Origin: an uncultured Microbacterium sp.
GTDB taxonomy: Bacteria; Actinomycetota; Actinomycetes; Actinomycetales; Microbacteriaceae
NCBI RefSeq assembly: GCF_963524805.1
Contig: NZ_CAURGG010000009.1
Coordinates: forward strand, 84,154-148,153
Direction of reading: 5' to 3'
DNA length: 64,000 bases
The position numbers were made by a program, and so were the translations under genes. How positions within the stretch are numbered: the first letter of the stretch is position 1; every line of letters starts with the position of its first letter. The notes beneath the pieces were generated by a model. It saw only the letters and a program-made list of their open reading frames with translations. It made no database searches and was not told the DNA's origin. Shown piece by piece: positions 1 to 10,128 of this stretch.

Positions 1-504
1 GGCTCCGGCGCCCTCGATGCGGCTGCGAAGCGTCGCGTGCTCCGCAGCTTCGAGCGCTTCGTCGCCTTCGAAGAAATTGGGCTGACCCACGCCGGTCTCG
101 ATGAAGCTCGCCAGGCTGCCCCGGATGTATGTCGCCCACGCGTTCGAGCACGCGCCGTAGCATTCGACCTCGGGCCTGAGCCCTTCATGCGTGAACGTCA
201 CCTCCGTGCCGGCGGGGGACGGGGTGATGTCGAACCTCACCGTCGTGCCGTTCCACTCCTGCTTGTCATCGACGAAGCTCAGGTAGCTGCCGGTGACGAC
301 CCATTCGACCTGGCGACCTGGTTCGAGCTTCGTCACCCGGAACCCGCTGTAATGCAGCCCGGGCACCACATAGACGAACTCGTCGCGCTCGGCTGTGGTG
401 GTGCCCGTGATCCGGCCCCACCAGCCGCCCACGTCGTTGATCGCGTCGTAGACCTCGGAGGGCGTCCTGCGGACCGTGATACTCGCGGTGTAGTCGGCGC
501 TCAT
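1..504 (-). CDS. SRPBCC/AHA1-like domain protein (3' end runs off the window)
   Basis: Not in the ORF track because there is no stop in the window. ATG at 504 after GGGAGG; translates MSADYTASITVRRTPSEVYDAINDVGGWW...VEWVVTGSYLSFVDDKQEWNGTTVRFDI...VTFTHEGL..C..AW, a typical SRPBCC/AHA1 pattern. Confidence 0.8.
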   Translation of the reverse strand, partial: MSADYTASITVRRTPSEVYDAINDVGGWWGRITGTTTAERDEFVYVVPGLHYSGFRVTKLEPGRQVEWVVTGSYLSFVDDKQEWNGTTVRFDITPSPAGTEVTFTHEGLRPEVECYGACSNAWATYIRGSLASFIETGVGQPNFFEGDEALEAAEHATLRSRIEGAGA

Positions 505-543
505 CGTGTTCCTCCCTTGTTCTGGTGCGACGCTAGTCCCGCT

Positions 544-560
544 ACTTGCATCACGCAAGT
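544..560. promoter_or_regulatory. Inverted repeat ACTTGC-N5-GCAAGT, probable HxlR operator
   Basis: Dyad in the 71-bp gap between the divergent SRPBCC and HxlR genes. Confidence 0.5.
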
Positions 561-575
561 GCTAGTGTCGGATCC

Positions 576-1052
576 ATGCTGGGGAAGACCTACGACACGC
601 AGATCTGCTCGATCGCGCGCTCACTCGAGCTGGTCGGCGAGCGCTGGAGCCTGTTGATCATCCGCGACGCCCTGTTCGCCGGAGTCACGCGCTTCGGTGA
701 CTTCCAGCACAACCTCGGCATCGCCACGAACGTGCTCGCCGCGCGCCTGGATGCGTTCGTCAGCAGTGGCATCATGCGCCGCGAGGGTTCGGCCGACTAC
801 ATGCTCACGGCGAAGGGCAGCGCGTTGGCCACGGCGCTGATCGCCTTGACCGAGTGGGGAGACGAATGGGCAGCGCCCGGTGCGCCGCCGATCCTCTATC
901 AGCACGGCTCATGCGGTCGGCACGTCAGCGCACAGGTCGTGTGCGAGGAATGCGGCGTGATCGGATCAGGGGAGGCGAAGGTGCAGATCGGACCGGGGAT
1001 GCCGGCGGAGTACGTCGCCGCGCGGCGCGGTGGCCGGCGGGCGGTGGGGTAG
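576..1052 (+). CDS. HxlR-family winged-helix transcriptional regulator
   Basis: CSIARSLELVGERWSLLIIRDA...RFGDFQ..LGIATNVLAARL...Y.LT.KG; ATG 576 is 7 nt after TAGTGT. Confidence 0.9.
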   Translation: MLGKTYDTQICSIARSLELVGERWSLLIIRDALFAGVTRFGDFQHNLGIATNVLAARLDAFVSSGIMRREGSADYMLTAKGSALATALIALTEWGDEWAAPGAPPILYQHGSCGRHVSAQVVCEECGVIGSGEAKVQIGPGMPAEYVAARRGGRRAVG

Positions 1053-1066
1053 CAGCGGCTGTCGGA

Positions 1067-1729
1067 CTACTCGGTCGTCGTCGCGCCCGTGTAGAACGCG
1101 AACGTCGCATCCGCCGCCCGGGCTGCATCGTCCGGTGCGGCACCGGCCGCGATGTGCGCATCGCGCCAACCGTCCGCCGCCCCCCGGTAGAAGGCCCGAC
1201 CTTCGTCCGTGATGACCCAGGACGGGAGGGCCTCAGGATTCCGTTCCCCTCCCCGGGCCAGGTGCAGCGCGAGCCCGAGCAGGCCACCGTCCCATCCGAC
1301 GCCTGTCGCTCCCGGTCCGAACTGGTCCCAGAATCCCGAGGGGATGTCCGACTGTCGAGACGTGTGCTCGAGCTCGAGGGTGGTCAGCTCGTCGGTGACC
1401 GCCGTCAGCCGCACCGCGAGCCAGGTGACGCCACCGCCGTACTCCCAGGTCACCCGATAGTGCGCGCTTCCGTCGTCGGGGGGCGCGCACTCCAGCACCT
1501 CGCCGCCGGCGTTGCCTTCCAGCTGGTACCTTCCTCCGAGCCTCAGGTCGCCCGAGATCGGCAGGAACCATCGGCGGATCCGCTCGCCGCTGGTCACGGC
1601 ATCCCAGACATCTGCGATCGGGCTGGGATAGCTCTGCGACAGCGTCTGCACGAAAGAGCGCTCGTCGTCGACTGTTTCCTCGTGCAGGCTCCGCTCCACC
1701 GCCGCTACCTGGGCGTCGACATCCACCAT
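1067..1729 (-). CDS. SRPBCC-family protein
   Basis: VWDAVTSGERIRRWFLPISGDLRLGGRYQLEGNAGG...GPGATGVGWD; start trimmed to MVDVDAQ; lies directly downstream of the ArsR gene. Confidence 0.85.
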   Translation of the reverse strand: MVDVDAQVAAVERSLHEETVDDERSFVQTLSQSYPSPIADVWDAVTSGERIRRWFLPISGDLRLGGRYQLEGNAGGEVLECAPPDDGSAHYRVTWEYGGGVTWLAVRLTAVTDELTTLELEHTSRQSDIPSGFWDQFGPGATGVGWDGGLLGLALHLARGGERNPEALPSWVITDEGRAFYRGAADGWRDAHIAAGAAPDDAARAADATFAFYTGATTTE

Positions 1730-1730
1730 G

Positions 1731-2132
1731 TCAGTTCTCCTCTTCGGAATCGTCCTCGTCGGATGCCCCGGTCGGGGCATCCGCGTCCGCGGCGACTGCG
1801 GCGGACGTCCTTCGTGCGCGGCGTCCGCGAGCCAGCTCTGTGCCCAGTGCGTCGAGGCGCGGCTGCCACAGCCGCCGGAACGGATCGAACCAGGCGTCGG
1901 CCGCCGCGAGCGGCGAGGCGTCGACGGCATACAGCCGCCGCGTCCCTTCGGACCGCACGGTGGCGAAGCCCGACTCGCGCAACACCCGCAGATGCTGGGA
2001 GACGGCCGGCTGGGAGATCTGAAACTCCCGCTGGATCACAGCTCCGATCTCGCCCGCGCTCAGCTCGCCCCCGGCGAGCAGCTCGAGCACCCGACGCCTG
2101 ACCGGATCTCCGAGGATGTCGAGTGCGTGCAT
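1731..2132 (-). CDS. ArsR/SmtB-family transcriptional regulator
   Basis: LGDPVRRRVLELL...ISQPAVSQHLRVLRESG...GTRRLY. Confidence 0.9.
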   Translation of the reverse strand: MHALDILGDPVRRRVLELLAGGELSAGEIGAVIQREFQISQPAVSQHLRVLRESGFATVRSEGTRRLYAVDASPLAAADAWFDPFRRLWQPRLDALGTELARGRRARRTSAAVAADADAPTGASDEDDSEEEN

Positions 2133-2153
2133 GAAAACAATATTTGCATCGGC

Positions 2154-2165
2154 ACTTATATAAGT
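2154..2165. promoter_or_regulatory. AT-rich palindrome ACTTATATAAGT, probable ArsR operator
   Basis: Perfect 12-bp palindrome about 22 bp upstream of the ArsR start. Confidence 0.55.
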
Positions 2166-2196
2166 CAAGGCCTATAAATAAAGGCCTCCTCCGATG

Positions 2197-2709
2197 CTAA
2201 GGGTGATCCGCCGGACGGGGAAGGGTGCCGTGTTCGAGGAGAAGTTCATACATGCTCTCGAAAACCGCAGCCAGTTCAGCCGACTGCTTCCCGTCGAGTG
2301 CACCGAGGAAGACGGAGCGCACGAAGTCGATGTGACCGGGGGAGGCTCGTGCGAGAAGCGCCCGCCCCTCTGGAGTGAGGCTCACGTCGGTGGCGCGGCG
2401 ATCCTCGGCGTTGGGCTGCAGGCTGATCAGCGAGTCATCCGCCATCCGGCGCGCATGGTGCGAGACCCGGCTGCGCTCCACCCCGATCCGGATCGCGAGG
2501 TCCGAGATCGTCATCGTCCCAGAGGTCTCGCTGGTCAGTGCGACGAGGACGTCGTAGTCGGCGAGGGAGATCCCGCACTCGCTTCGAAGCTGCCTGTTCA
2601 TCTCGTAGCGCAGGCGCAGCTGCACTTTCATGAATGCGTACCAGGCGCGCACCTCGTTGTCGCTGAGGAGCGCATAGGGCGACTCGGGAGGAACCTGGTA
2701 CCGACTCAT
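2197..2709 (-). CDS. MarR-family transcriptional regulator
   Basis: GISLADYDVLVAL...ISDLA....ERSRVSHHARRM...DRRATDVSLTPEG. Confidence 0.9.
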   Translation of the reverse strand: MSRYQVPPESPYALLSDNEVRAWYAFMKVQLRLRYEMNRQLRSECGISLADYDVLVALTSETSGTMTISDLAIRIGVERSRVSHHARRMADDSLISLQPNAEDRRATDVSLTPEGRALLARASPGHIDFVRSVFLGALDGKQSAELAAVFESMYELLLEHGTLPRPADHP

Positions 2710-2716
2710 GGTCTGA

Positions 2717-3079
2717 TCAGTGCAACAGGATCGTGTAGACCCTGGCGAGCAGCCCGTCACGGACGAACCCGATGTCCACGCCGTGGACCACGGGCGCTCC
2801 CTCGGGACCGAACGCCCACGCGAGGTAGCCGAGATCCTGCGCGTGGGAGAAGTCGCCGTCGGGCCGGAACACGAAACCGGGACTGCCGGCCAGGATCTGC
2901 TCCGCCTTCGCGTCCAGCGCCGTGTGACCCTGCACCTGACCCTCGGGGTCCGCGAAGATCACATCCTCGGTGTAGGTCCGGGCAATCGCCTCCCGCCGCC
3001 TGTCGCGATCGCGCTCGCCGAACACCTCCAGCAGGTTCGCGTTCATCAGCTGCTCGAGTTCCTGCATCGCCTGCGTCAT
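2717..3079 (-). CDS. SnoaL-like/NTF2-family protein
   Basis: NLLEVFGERD...AIARTYTEDVIFADP...G.D; TGAAATTTCA palindrome upstream at 3098-3107. Confidence 0.8.
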   Translation of the reverse strand: MTQAMQELEQLMNANLLEVFGERDRDRRREAIARTYTEDVIFADPEGQVQGHTALDAKAEQILAGSPGFVFRPDGDFSHAQDLGYLAWAFGPEGAPVVHGVDIGFVRDGLLARVYTILLH

Positions 3080-3302
3080 GCCGCTCCCTCATTTAGATGA
3101 AATTTCACTCAAGCTAGATCCGGGCCCAGCCGCTGTCAAGTCGCGGGACGGTGATCGGCAGCATCCTCAGCGGCACTCGGCGAGCCGATCACCACCCAGG
3201 CGGATACCGGTGACTCCCACTGACCGGACACCATTGCCTGGGGCAAGGGCCCGGGCTACGGTGAGGGGCACTCTGCCTTTCCCCCCGGCTCTGGAGGTCG
3301 TC

Positions 3303-5105
3303 ATGGTCCACCTCACTCCCCGCTCCGCGCGAAACGGCGTCAGCCTCGCTGTAGCGGCGGCGCTGGTCGTCGCGGCGTGCGCGGTCGCCTCACCCGCATC
3401 GGCGGCGCGTCCGACTCCGCAGGCGCCCTCCACATCGACGGGATACGAAGGTGCAGTTGCTTCGGTCGATGCGGAAGCCAGTGCCGTCGGCCTCGAGGTG
3501 CTGCGCAAGGGCGGCAACGCGGTGGATGCCGCGGTCGCGACGGCCGCAGCGCTCGGGGTGACCGAGCCGTACAGTGCCGGGATCGGCGGCGGTGGGTACT
3601 TCGTGTACTTCGACGCGACCACCGGAGAGGTGACCACGATCGACGGCCGCGAGACCGCTCCGGCCGCCATGCCCGCGGACGCGTTCATCGACCCGCAGAC
3701 CGGCCAGCCTTACCCGTTCGCAGCGGCGGTCTCGTCGGGGCTCTCGGTCGGGGTGCCGGGCACCCTGGCCACGTGGGAGACCGCGCTGGACCGCTTCGGC
3801 ACGACGTCCTTGAAGGACGCGCTGAAGCCTTCGATCCTGCTCGCGACCCGAGGGTTCCAGGTGGATGCGACGTTCGCGCAGCAGACGGCAGCGAACCAGG
3901 AGCGCTTCGCGGCCTTCCCGGCCACGGCGCAGCTGTTCCTGCCCCACGGTGCTCCTCCCGTCGTGGGATCGACCTTCAAGAACCCCGACCTGGCGCGGAC
4001 CCTGCGTGAGATCTCCCTGCGCGGAACGGATGCCTTCTACGAGGGAGCGATCGCGGACGAGATCGCCTCGGTCGTGCAGAGCCCGCAGACCGCGCCCGGT
4101 GCGACCCTTCCGGCGTACCCCGGCTCCCTCACGGCCGACGATCTGGCCGAGTACTCGGTGGTCGAGCAGGCGCCCACGCACGGCGAGTACCGGGGCTTGG
4201 ACGTCTACGGCATGGCGCCCTCGTCCTCGGGTGGCACGACCGTCGGCGAGTCGCTGAACATCCTCGAGAACTACGATCTGTCTGCGTCGAACACGCCGCT
4301 CGCTCTGCACCTCTACCTCGAGGCGACCGCCCACGCCTTCGCCGACCGCAATGCGTACGTCGGGGATCCCGCGTTCGTCGACGTGCCGACCGAGACCCTG
4401 CTGAGCCAGTCCTTCGCCGACGCGCGCGCCTGCGTGATCGATCCTGCGGTCGCCTCGGTCAAGCCGGTCGCGCCCGCCCCGCTCGATGCGACGGGCTGCG
4501 CGGCGGCCGCCGCGCAGGACGCCCCCGACACCGAGAACCTCTCGACCACCCACCTGTCGGTCGTCGACAGGTGGGGCAACGCCGTCGCCTACACGCTGAC
4601 GATCGAACAGACCGGCGGCTCGGGCATGACCGTGCCGGGACGCGGATTCCTGCTGAACAACGAGCTGACCGACTTCAGCTTCGTTCCCAACCCGAGCGAT
4701 CCGAACACGGTGGAAGCAGGCAAACGGCCACGATCGTCGATGTCGCCCACGATCGTGCTCGACGGCGGCGACGTGCGCTACGTCGTCGGATCGCCGGGCG
4801 GCTCGATGATCATCACCACGGTGACGCAGGTGCTGATCAATCGGATCGACCTCGGGATGACGCTGCCGGAGGCTGTCGCCGCGCCTCGCGCATCGCAGCG
4901 CAACACGGTGGCCGTCGCGGCGGAGGAGGCTTTTCGCGCAGCGTATGAAGCACAGCTGACGCCGTTCGGCCATCAGTTCACCACGTCGGCGGAGATCGGG
5001 GCTGTCGCAGCCATCGAAGTGGACGCCGACGGACTGATGACCGCCGTCGCCGAGCCGGTGCGCCGCGGCGGCGGCACGGGGCTGGTGGTGCAGCCGGCCG
5101 GCTAG
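3303..5105 (+). CDS. ggt: Gamma-glutamyltransferase, secreted
   Basis: Signal-like N-terminus; GGNAVDAAVA, SAGIGGGG, IDGRETAP, TTHLSVVD (catalytic Thr), LNNELTDF, KRPRSSMSPT, GSPGG. Confidence 0.95.
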   Translation: MVHLTPRSARNGVSLAVAAALVVAACAVASPASAARPTPQAPSTSTGYEGAVASVDAEASAVGLEVLRKGGNAVDAAVATAAALGVTEPYSAGIGGGGYFVYFDATTGEVTTIDGRETAPAAMPADAFIDPQTGQPYPFAAAVSSGLSVGVPGTLATWETALDRFGTTSLKDALKPSILLATRGFQVDATFAQQTAANQERFAAFPATAQLFLPHGAPPVVGSTFKNPDLARTLREISLRGTDAFYEGAIADEIASVVQSPQTAPGATLPAYPGSLTADDLAEYSVVEQAPTHGEYRGLDVYGMAPSSSGGTTVGESLNILENYDLSASNTPLALHLYLEATAHAFADRNAYVGDPAFVDVPTETLLSQSFADARACVIDPAVASVKPVAPAPLDATGCAAAAAQDAPDTENLSTTHLSVVDRWGNAVAYTLTIEQTGGSGMTVPGRGFLLNNELTDFSFVPNPSDPNTVEAGKRPRSSMSPTIVLDGGDVRYVVGSPGGSMIITTVTQVLINRIDLGMTLPEAVAAPRASQRNTVAVAAEEAFRAAYEAQLTPFGHQFTTSAEIGAVAAIEVDADGLMTAVAEPVRRGGGTGLVVQPAG

Positions 5106-5107
5106 CC

Positions 5108-6208
5108 TCAGGACTGCGGCACGTCGTGCAGCCGAGCCAGGGCCGCGACGACGTCACGGTGCCAGCGCCGGGCGGCGGGAAGCGCGCCGGTGAAGATCGG
5201 CGTGTCGTGGGTCACTCCGAGGTACTGCACCGCGCTTGCGGCCACCCCGGCCGTCCGGAGCGCGGCCGCGTACGCGGCGCCGTCGCCGCGCAGCGGGTCG
5301 TATTCAGCGGTGAGGATCACCGCCTCGGGGAGCCCCGCGTGCGAAGCCGCGCGCAGGGGAGAGGCGAGCGGGTCCTTCGCGTCCGATGGACGCGCCAGAT
5401 AGGTTCGGGCCACGGATCGCAGTTCGCGCAGCGCGATGATGCTCGGGATGCCGAGGGCCCGCGTTGCACGCAGGTCCAGGTGACGGCCCGTCAGGTCTGC
5501 CACCGGCACCTCGAGCAGCTGCAGGCGAAGGGGCACCTTCGTGCGGTCGCGGTTGGCGATCGTCAGGGCTGCGGCGATCGAGGCGCCGGCCGAAGTGCCC
5601 GCGACGCCGAGACGACCCGCATCGATCCCCCACCGGGCTGCGTTGGCGTGCAGCCAGACCAGCGCCGCATGCGCCTGCTCGATCTGAGTGGGGAAGCGGT
5701 GCTCGGGCGCGAGCGCGTAGTCGACAGCGACCATCGCGACGCCCGCGTCGACCGCGCGACGGCGGTTGGCGGCATCCGTCGTCGGATAGTCGATGCCCCC
5801 GATCCGGAAAGCGCCGCCGAAGAAGGTGAGCCACGCCGGAATCAGCTCGTCGGCGGTGGGACCCGGATAGTAGATGCGCACGCGGACCGGCGGAAAGCCC
5901 GCGACCGGAACCTCGTGCTCGGCGATGCGCACCTCCGGCCCCGGAGTGCCCACGGTCTGCAGTTCCCGCCGATCCCATGCGAGGGCCGCACGACGGTGTT
6001 TCGCGCGCGCTCTGCTTCGCTCGGAAACGGATGGCGGCTTCGCCGGCGAAGCTGCAGGAACGACGGTTCCCTGAGGAGAATCGTCACGCGTCCATCCCAG
6101 AAGCGACCGCCACGAAGCCAGGCGCGAACGGATCGCATCGACCCGCTGCCGGATCAGGTACCGCCGGTGCACGCGCAGCCGTTCGGAGAAGAACGGGTCG
6201 AGCGGCAT
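5108..6208 (-). CDS. Alpha/beta hydrolase (HSL-type esterase/lipase)
   Basis: FGGAF, VDYALAPEHRFP, GTSAG nucleophile, AEYDPLRGDG, GVTH; GGAGGAG RBS. Confidence 0.88.
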   Translation of the reverse strand: MPLDPFFSERLRVHRRYLIRQRVDAIRSRLASWRSLLGWTRDDSPQGTVVPAASPAKPPSVSERSRARAKHRRAALAWDRRELQTVGTPGPEVRIAEHEVPVAGFPPVRVRIYYPGPTADELIPAWLTFFGGAFRIGGIDYPTTDAANRRRAVDAGVAMVAVDYALAPEHRFPTQIEQAHAALVWLHANAARWGIDAGRLGVAGTSAGASIAAALTIANRDRTKVPLRLQLLEVPVADLTGRHLDLRATRALGIPSIIALRELRSVARTYLARPSDAKDPLASPLRAASHAGLPEAVILTAEYDPLRGDGAAYAAALRTAGVAASAVQYLGVTHDTPIFTGALPAARRWHRDVVAALARLHDVPQS

Positions 6209-6340
6209 TTCGAGCTCCTCCGGGATGGGGCTTCCATCGTAGGTGGCGGCTGGGGATGGCGGCTCGGACGGGGCCTGCATCAGCCGGACCGCGCGCGCAA
6301 GCCCCGTGACGGGCTGAAGATCCTGACGTTGTGTGGGACG

Positions 6341-8017
6341 ATGAGCACCGCTTCCCTCGTGACGGCCGAGCGCGCGCCGCGCGCGCCCTCCGCCCAGCCG
6401 CGCGTCAGCGTCGTGGTCCCGGTGTTCCGCCCCGGTGCCGGCATCGATGAGCTGATCGCGTCCCTCGACCGGCAGACCCTTCCTGCGTCGCAGTTCGAGG
6501 TGCTGCTGTGCGACGACGGATCCGGCGACTCGACGCTCGGTCGCCTCGAGCAGATCGCCGCGGCCCGCCCGCATGTCCGGGTGCTGCCGCTGTCGCACAC
6601 CGGCTGGCCGGGAACCCCCCGCAACCACGGCATCGATGCGGCATCCGGCATGTACGTGTTCTTCGCAGATCAGGACGACCGCCTGTTCGAGGGCGCGCTC
6701 CAGCGGCTGTGCGACTACGCGGACGAGCAGGAATCGGACGTCGTGATCGGCAGAGTCGTCGGCGTCGGTCGCCCGATCCCGCGCGCCATCTTCCGGCGGG
6801 ACGTGCCGCAGGCGGTGCTCGGGACCGATCCGCTGCTCGAGCTGCTCACTCCTCACAAGCTGTTCCGCACGGAGTTCCTCCGGCGCAACGCCATCCGTTT
6901 CCCGGACGGGCGGGTGCGCCTGGAGGACCACCTCTTCGTGATGAAGGCGTACTTCACCGCCGGCACGATCTCGATCCTCGCCAGCGCACCCTGCTACGCG
7001 TGGCTCAAGAACAAGGGCAGCGCGAGTTCGTCGCGGATCGACCCGGCGACCTACTTCCCGCACCTCGAGCGGGTGCTGGATCTGGTGGAGGAGAACACCG
7101 AGCCCGGAGCGCTGCGCGACGACCTGCTGCGGCACTGGTACCGCGGCAAGATCCTCTCGCGCCTCGGCGGTCGGCGGATGCTGCGCTATCCGGACGACTA
7201 TCGCGCGCGGTTCCTCGACGTCGTGGTCCCCATCGTGCGCTCGCGGTTCTCGGAGGCCGTCGAGCGGGAACTTCCCTTGCCGCTGCGGGTCCGCTCGGTC
7301 CTCCTGCGGCACGGCCATCGCGACCAGCTCCTGCGCCTCGCGGAGTTCGAAGCCGCGATGACGTGCGAAGCCGACGTGGCCTCGGTGCGGTGGACGCGGC
7401 TGGGCAAACTCGTCCTGACGGTGCGCTATCGCTTCGTCCGTGGCGGAGAAGACGCCCTGCTCTTCAGCGACGCCGCCGACAGCACGACGGATGCCGGGCG
7501 CCCCGGTGTCAGGCCGGTCTCGCAGTGGCGCCCTCCGGAAGGCCTGGCGGAGGTTCTGGATCCTGCCATCCTGGATGCGACCGGCGACCTCCAGCGCGAT
7601 CACGCCACCCTGGCGATCCGGGACCCCTCCGGCGAGGAACGACGAGTGCGGGGCCGGATGTCACTCGGCGGAACGACGGCGGCCTTCACGATCGATCCGG
7701 TCCACCTCTACGCCCGCGGGGATCGATCCGCCGGCGGCGCGCTGGTGACCCGCGTGCGGCATGCGGGCTGGAGCTTCGACGCACCGCTGACGGCCGACCC
7801 GGCGATGATCGCGCGCGTGCGACGTTCGCCGCTGCTCGCCGGGCGCACGGTCGAGCTGCGCTCCGACCCAGAGGGCACGGTGGAGATGCGTCGTGGCGGG
7901 CCCCATGGACGCCGCAGGGATGCCGTCGCCCGAGCGGCGCGAAGAGCGTGGGCGTTCGCGCGCTCGGCATCGCGCGCGCTGCGCGCAAGCGAAAGTCCTC
8001 CGCCCCCGGCGAGGTAG
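6341..8017 (+). CDS. Glycosyltransferase family 2 with C-terminal extension
   Basis: VSVVVPVF...DDGSGD...GWPGTPRNHG...FFADQDD...LEDHLF. Confidence 0.88.
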   Translation: MSTASLVTAERAPRAPSAQPRVSVVVPVFRPGAGIDELIASLDRQTLPASQFEVLLCDDGSGDSTLGRLEQIAAARPHVRVLPLSHTGWPGTPRNHGIDAASGMYVFFADQDDRLFEGALQRLCDYADEQESDVVIGRVVGVGRPIPRAIFRRDVPQAVLGTDPLLELLTPHKLFRTEFLRRNAIRFPDGRVRLEDHLFVMKAYFTAGTISILASAPCYAWLKNKGSASSSRIDPATYFPHLERVLDLVEENTEPGALRDDLLRHWYRGKILSRLGGRRMLRYPDDYRARFLDVVVPIVRSRFSEAVERELPLPLRVRSVLLRHGHRDQLLRLAEFEAAMTCEADVASVRWTRLGKLVLTVRYRFVRGGEDALLFSDAADSTTDAGRPGVRPVSQWRPPEGLAEVLDPAILDATGDLQRDHATLAIRDPSGEERRVRGRMSLGGTTAAFTIDPVHLYARGDRSAGGALVTRVRHAGWSFDAPLTADPAMIARVRRSPLLAGRTVELRSDPEGTVEMRRGGPHGRRRDAVARAARRAWAFARSASRALRASESPPPPAR

Positions 8018-8031
8018 GGGGCGGAGGACTT
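7993..8031. terminator. Probable bidirectional terminator hairpin
   Basis: AAGTCCTCCGCCCCC / GGGGGCGGAGGACTT 15-bp arms at the junction of convergent genes. Confidence 0.7.
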
Positions 8032-8040
8032 CGCGTCCGA

Positions 8041-8421
8041 TCAGGCCAGAGCCTTGGCCTTCAGGCTGTCGAACTCCGCCTGGGTGATCGCGCCGGAGTC
8101 CAGCAGCTTCTTGGCCGACTCGATCTCCGCGGTGGGCGAGGACGAACCGCCCGCCACCTCGCGGATGTAGCTGTTCTGCGCCGCCTGAGCCTCGCGCGCC
8201 TCGGCGACCTTGCGTTCGGTCATGCCGCGTCCACGTGCGATGAGGTAGATGAAGGCGGCGAGGAAGGGCAGGAACACGAGGAAGAGGACCCACAGAGCCT
8301 TGCCCCAGCCGTTGAGGCTCGGGTCACGGAAGATGTCGATGATGATGGTGATGAAGATCCAGATGCACGCGATGGCGACGTACACCCAGAAGATCCAGAT
8401 GAAGAATTCCCAAATGTTCAA
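8041..8421 (-). CDS. Membrane protein with PLDc_N-like TM hairpin and SHOCT domain
   Basis: DIFRD..L.GWGKALW...LPFL...YLIARG; C-terminal EIESAKKLLDSGAITQAEFDSLKAKAL; TTG start. Confidence 0.85.
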   Translation of the reverse strand: MNIWEFFIWIFWVYVAIACIWIFITIIIDIFRDPSLNGWGKALWVLFLVFLPFLAAFIYLIARGRGMTERKVAEAREAQAAQNSYIREVAGGSSSPTAEIESAKKLLDSGAITQAEFDSLKAKALA

Positions 8422-8527
8422 TTGACTGCCTTCTCTGTCGGTGGCGGCGAAATCGCGGCCGATGATGGGACCATCCTCAACGCCCCGGTCGCGCTGTGCG
8501 TCATGCCGAAGGGGTGACTTTCGCCCA

Positions 8528-9997
8528 TCAGTTGACCGCCGAGGTCAGTCGTGCCAGCCCGTCGAAGAAGGTCGATTTCACCGGCTCCTGACGCCATTGC
8601 TCGAGCGTGAGCTCGCGGCCGGCATCCCGGTAGCCCTGCTCCACCGCTCGCATCCCGCGCACGAACGACGCCCCGCGCACGAGCAGGGAGGACTCGGCGT
8701 TGAGGCTGAACGAGCGGATGTCCATGTTGCTGGATCCGATGAAGGCGATGTCGTCGTCGATCGACATGTGCTTGGCATGCAGGATGTACGGCGCGGGGTA
8801 CATGAAGATGCGCACGCCCGCCTCGAGCAGGTCGCTGTAGTACGAGCGCTGCGCGTGCCCCACGAGCCACTGGTCGGCCTGTTCCGAGACGAAAAGCTGC
8901 ACCTCGAGGCCTCGCTGGCAGGCCGTGGTGATCGCGTAGACCATGGCCTCGTCAGGAACGAAGTACGGGCTGGTGATGATCACCTTCTCCGTCGCGCCGT
9001 AGATGAGCGACAGGAACATCCGCAGGTTGTTCTCGGTGGGGTAGCCGGGCCCGCTCGGCACGACCTGGCACACGAGAGCGTCGGGCGGGTCGTCCCTGAT
9101 CAGCTCGGTACCGGGAACGTGCTCGGACTCGAGCAGTTCGCCGGTCTCGATCATCCAGTCCGACAGGAACACGGAGTTGACGGATGCCACCACGGGCCCG
9201 GTCAGGCGCGTCATGAGCTCCTGCCACTGCAGGCCGCGCTTGATGTTCTTGGGGGAGTCGTACGTGCGCGCGATCAGGTTCTGCGATCCCATGTAGGCCA
9301 CGTGCCCGTCGACGACCACGAGCTTGCGGTGATTGCGCAGATCGGGCCGCTGGTATTTGCCCTTCAAAGGCATGACGGGCAGCATCCACGCCCACTTCAC
9401 GCCGATGCGGTCGAGTTCCGCGAAAGACTCCTTGCTGCCGGGGATCTTCGCCGACGGGAGGTGATCGGCCAGCAGCCGCACCGTGACGCCGCGCGTGACG
9501 GCGCGCTCCATCGCGGCGAAGAACCCCCGAGTCGTCTCGTCCCACGCCACGATGAAGAACTCCACGTGCACGAACGTCGTGGCGGTGTCGATCTCGGCCG
9601 CCATCGCGTCGATCGAGGCCTGATAGTCGCCGAGCAGGGTCGCGGTGTTCCCGCCCACCGCCGGAAGGGCGGTGAGCCTGAGGTTCTGATCGACCAGGCG
9701 CTGGAACCAGCGCGGCCACGTGGCGGCCTCCACCGGCTCGGTGCGGTCGCCCACGCGTTCAGCGATGATGGCGTCGACCCGCGTCTGGGCGTCGCGGCGC
9801 TTCTTCGGCAGGCGGAAGCTGCCGATCAGCAGGAACAGGATGATGCCCACGTAGGGCAGCAGGGCGATCAGCAGCAGCCACGCCATCGCGGCCGTGGGCT
9901 TGCGTCGACGCGGGATGATCAGCAGCGCGGCGATGACGATCGCGGCATGAACGGCGACGAGGAGGATCGTGACGAGGTCGGAGGCAGCATTGTCCAT
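8528..9997 (-). CDS. cls: Cardiolipin synthase
   Basis: Two HKD motifs (RNHRKLVVVDG, LHAKHMSIDD), N-terminal TM helices, GSSNMDIRSF. Confidence 0.93.
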   Translation of the reverse strand: MDNAASDLVTILLVAVHAAIVIAALLIIPRRRKPTAAMAWLLLIALLPYVGIILFLLIGSFRLPKKRRDAQTRVDAIIAERVGDRTEPVEAATWPRWFQRLVDQNLRLTALPAVGGNTATLLGDYQASIDAMAAEIDTATTFVHVEFFIVAWDETTRGFFAAMERAVTRGVTVRLLADHLPSAKIPGSKESFAELDRIGVKWAWMLPVMPLKGKYQRPDLRNHRKLVVVDGHVAYMGSQNLIARTYDSPKNIKRGLQWQELMTRLTGPVVASVNSVFLSDWMIETGELLESEHVPGTELIRDDPPDALVCQVVPSGPGYPTENNLRMFLSLIYGATEKVIITSPYFVPDEAMVYAITTACQRGLEVQLFVSEQADQWLVGHAQRSYYSDLLEAGVRIFMYPAPYILHAKHMSIDDDIAFIGSSNMDIRSFSLNAESSLLVRGASFVRGMRAVEQGYRDAGRELTLEQWRQEPVKSTFFDGLARLTSAVN

Positions 9998-10128
9998 TTG
10001 AGCGTCACGCTATCGCCCCCTTGCATGCGGCGCCTCATCCCGCAAGGACGAAAGGGCTGCCCGCCCCCTCGGATAGGCTTCCCGTGCGATCCGCGCCGCG
10101 ACGGCGATGGCGCGAGAGGGACGAGCGC

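Noticed and set aside
5108..8017. Overlapping 831-aa and 963-aa ORFs suggesting large fusion proteins
   Set aside because: Each is a real gene (esterase or GT2) extended by the stop-poor antisense frame of the other; the true starts are 6208 and 6341.
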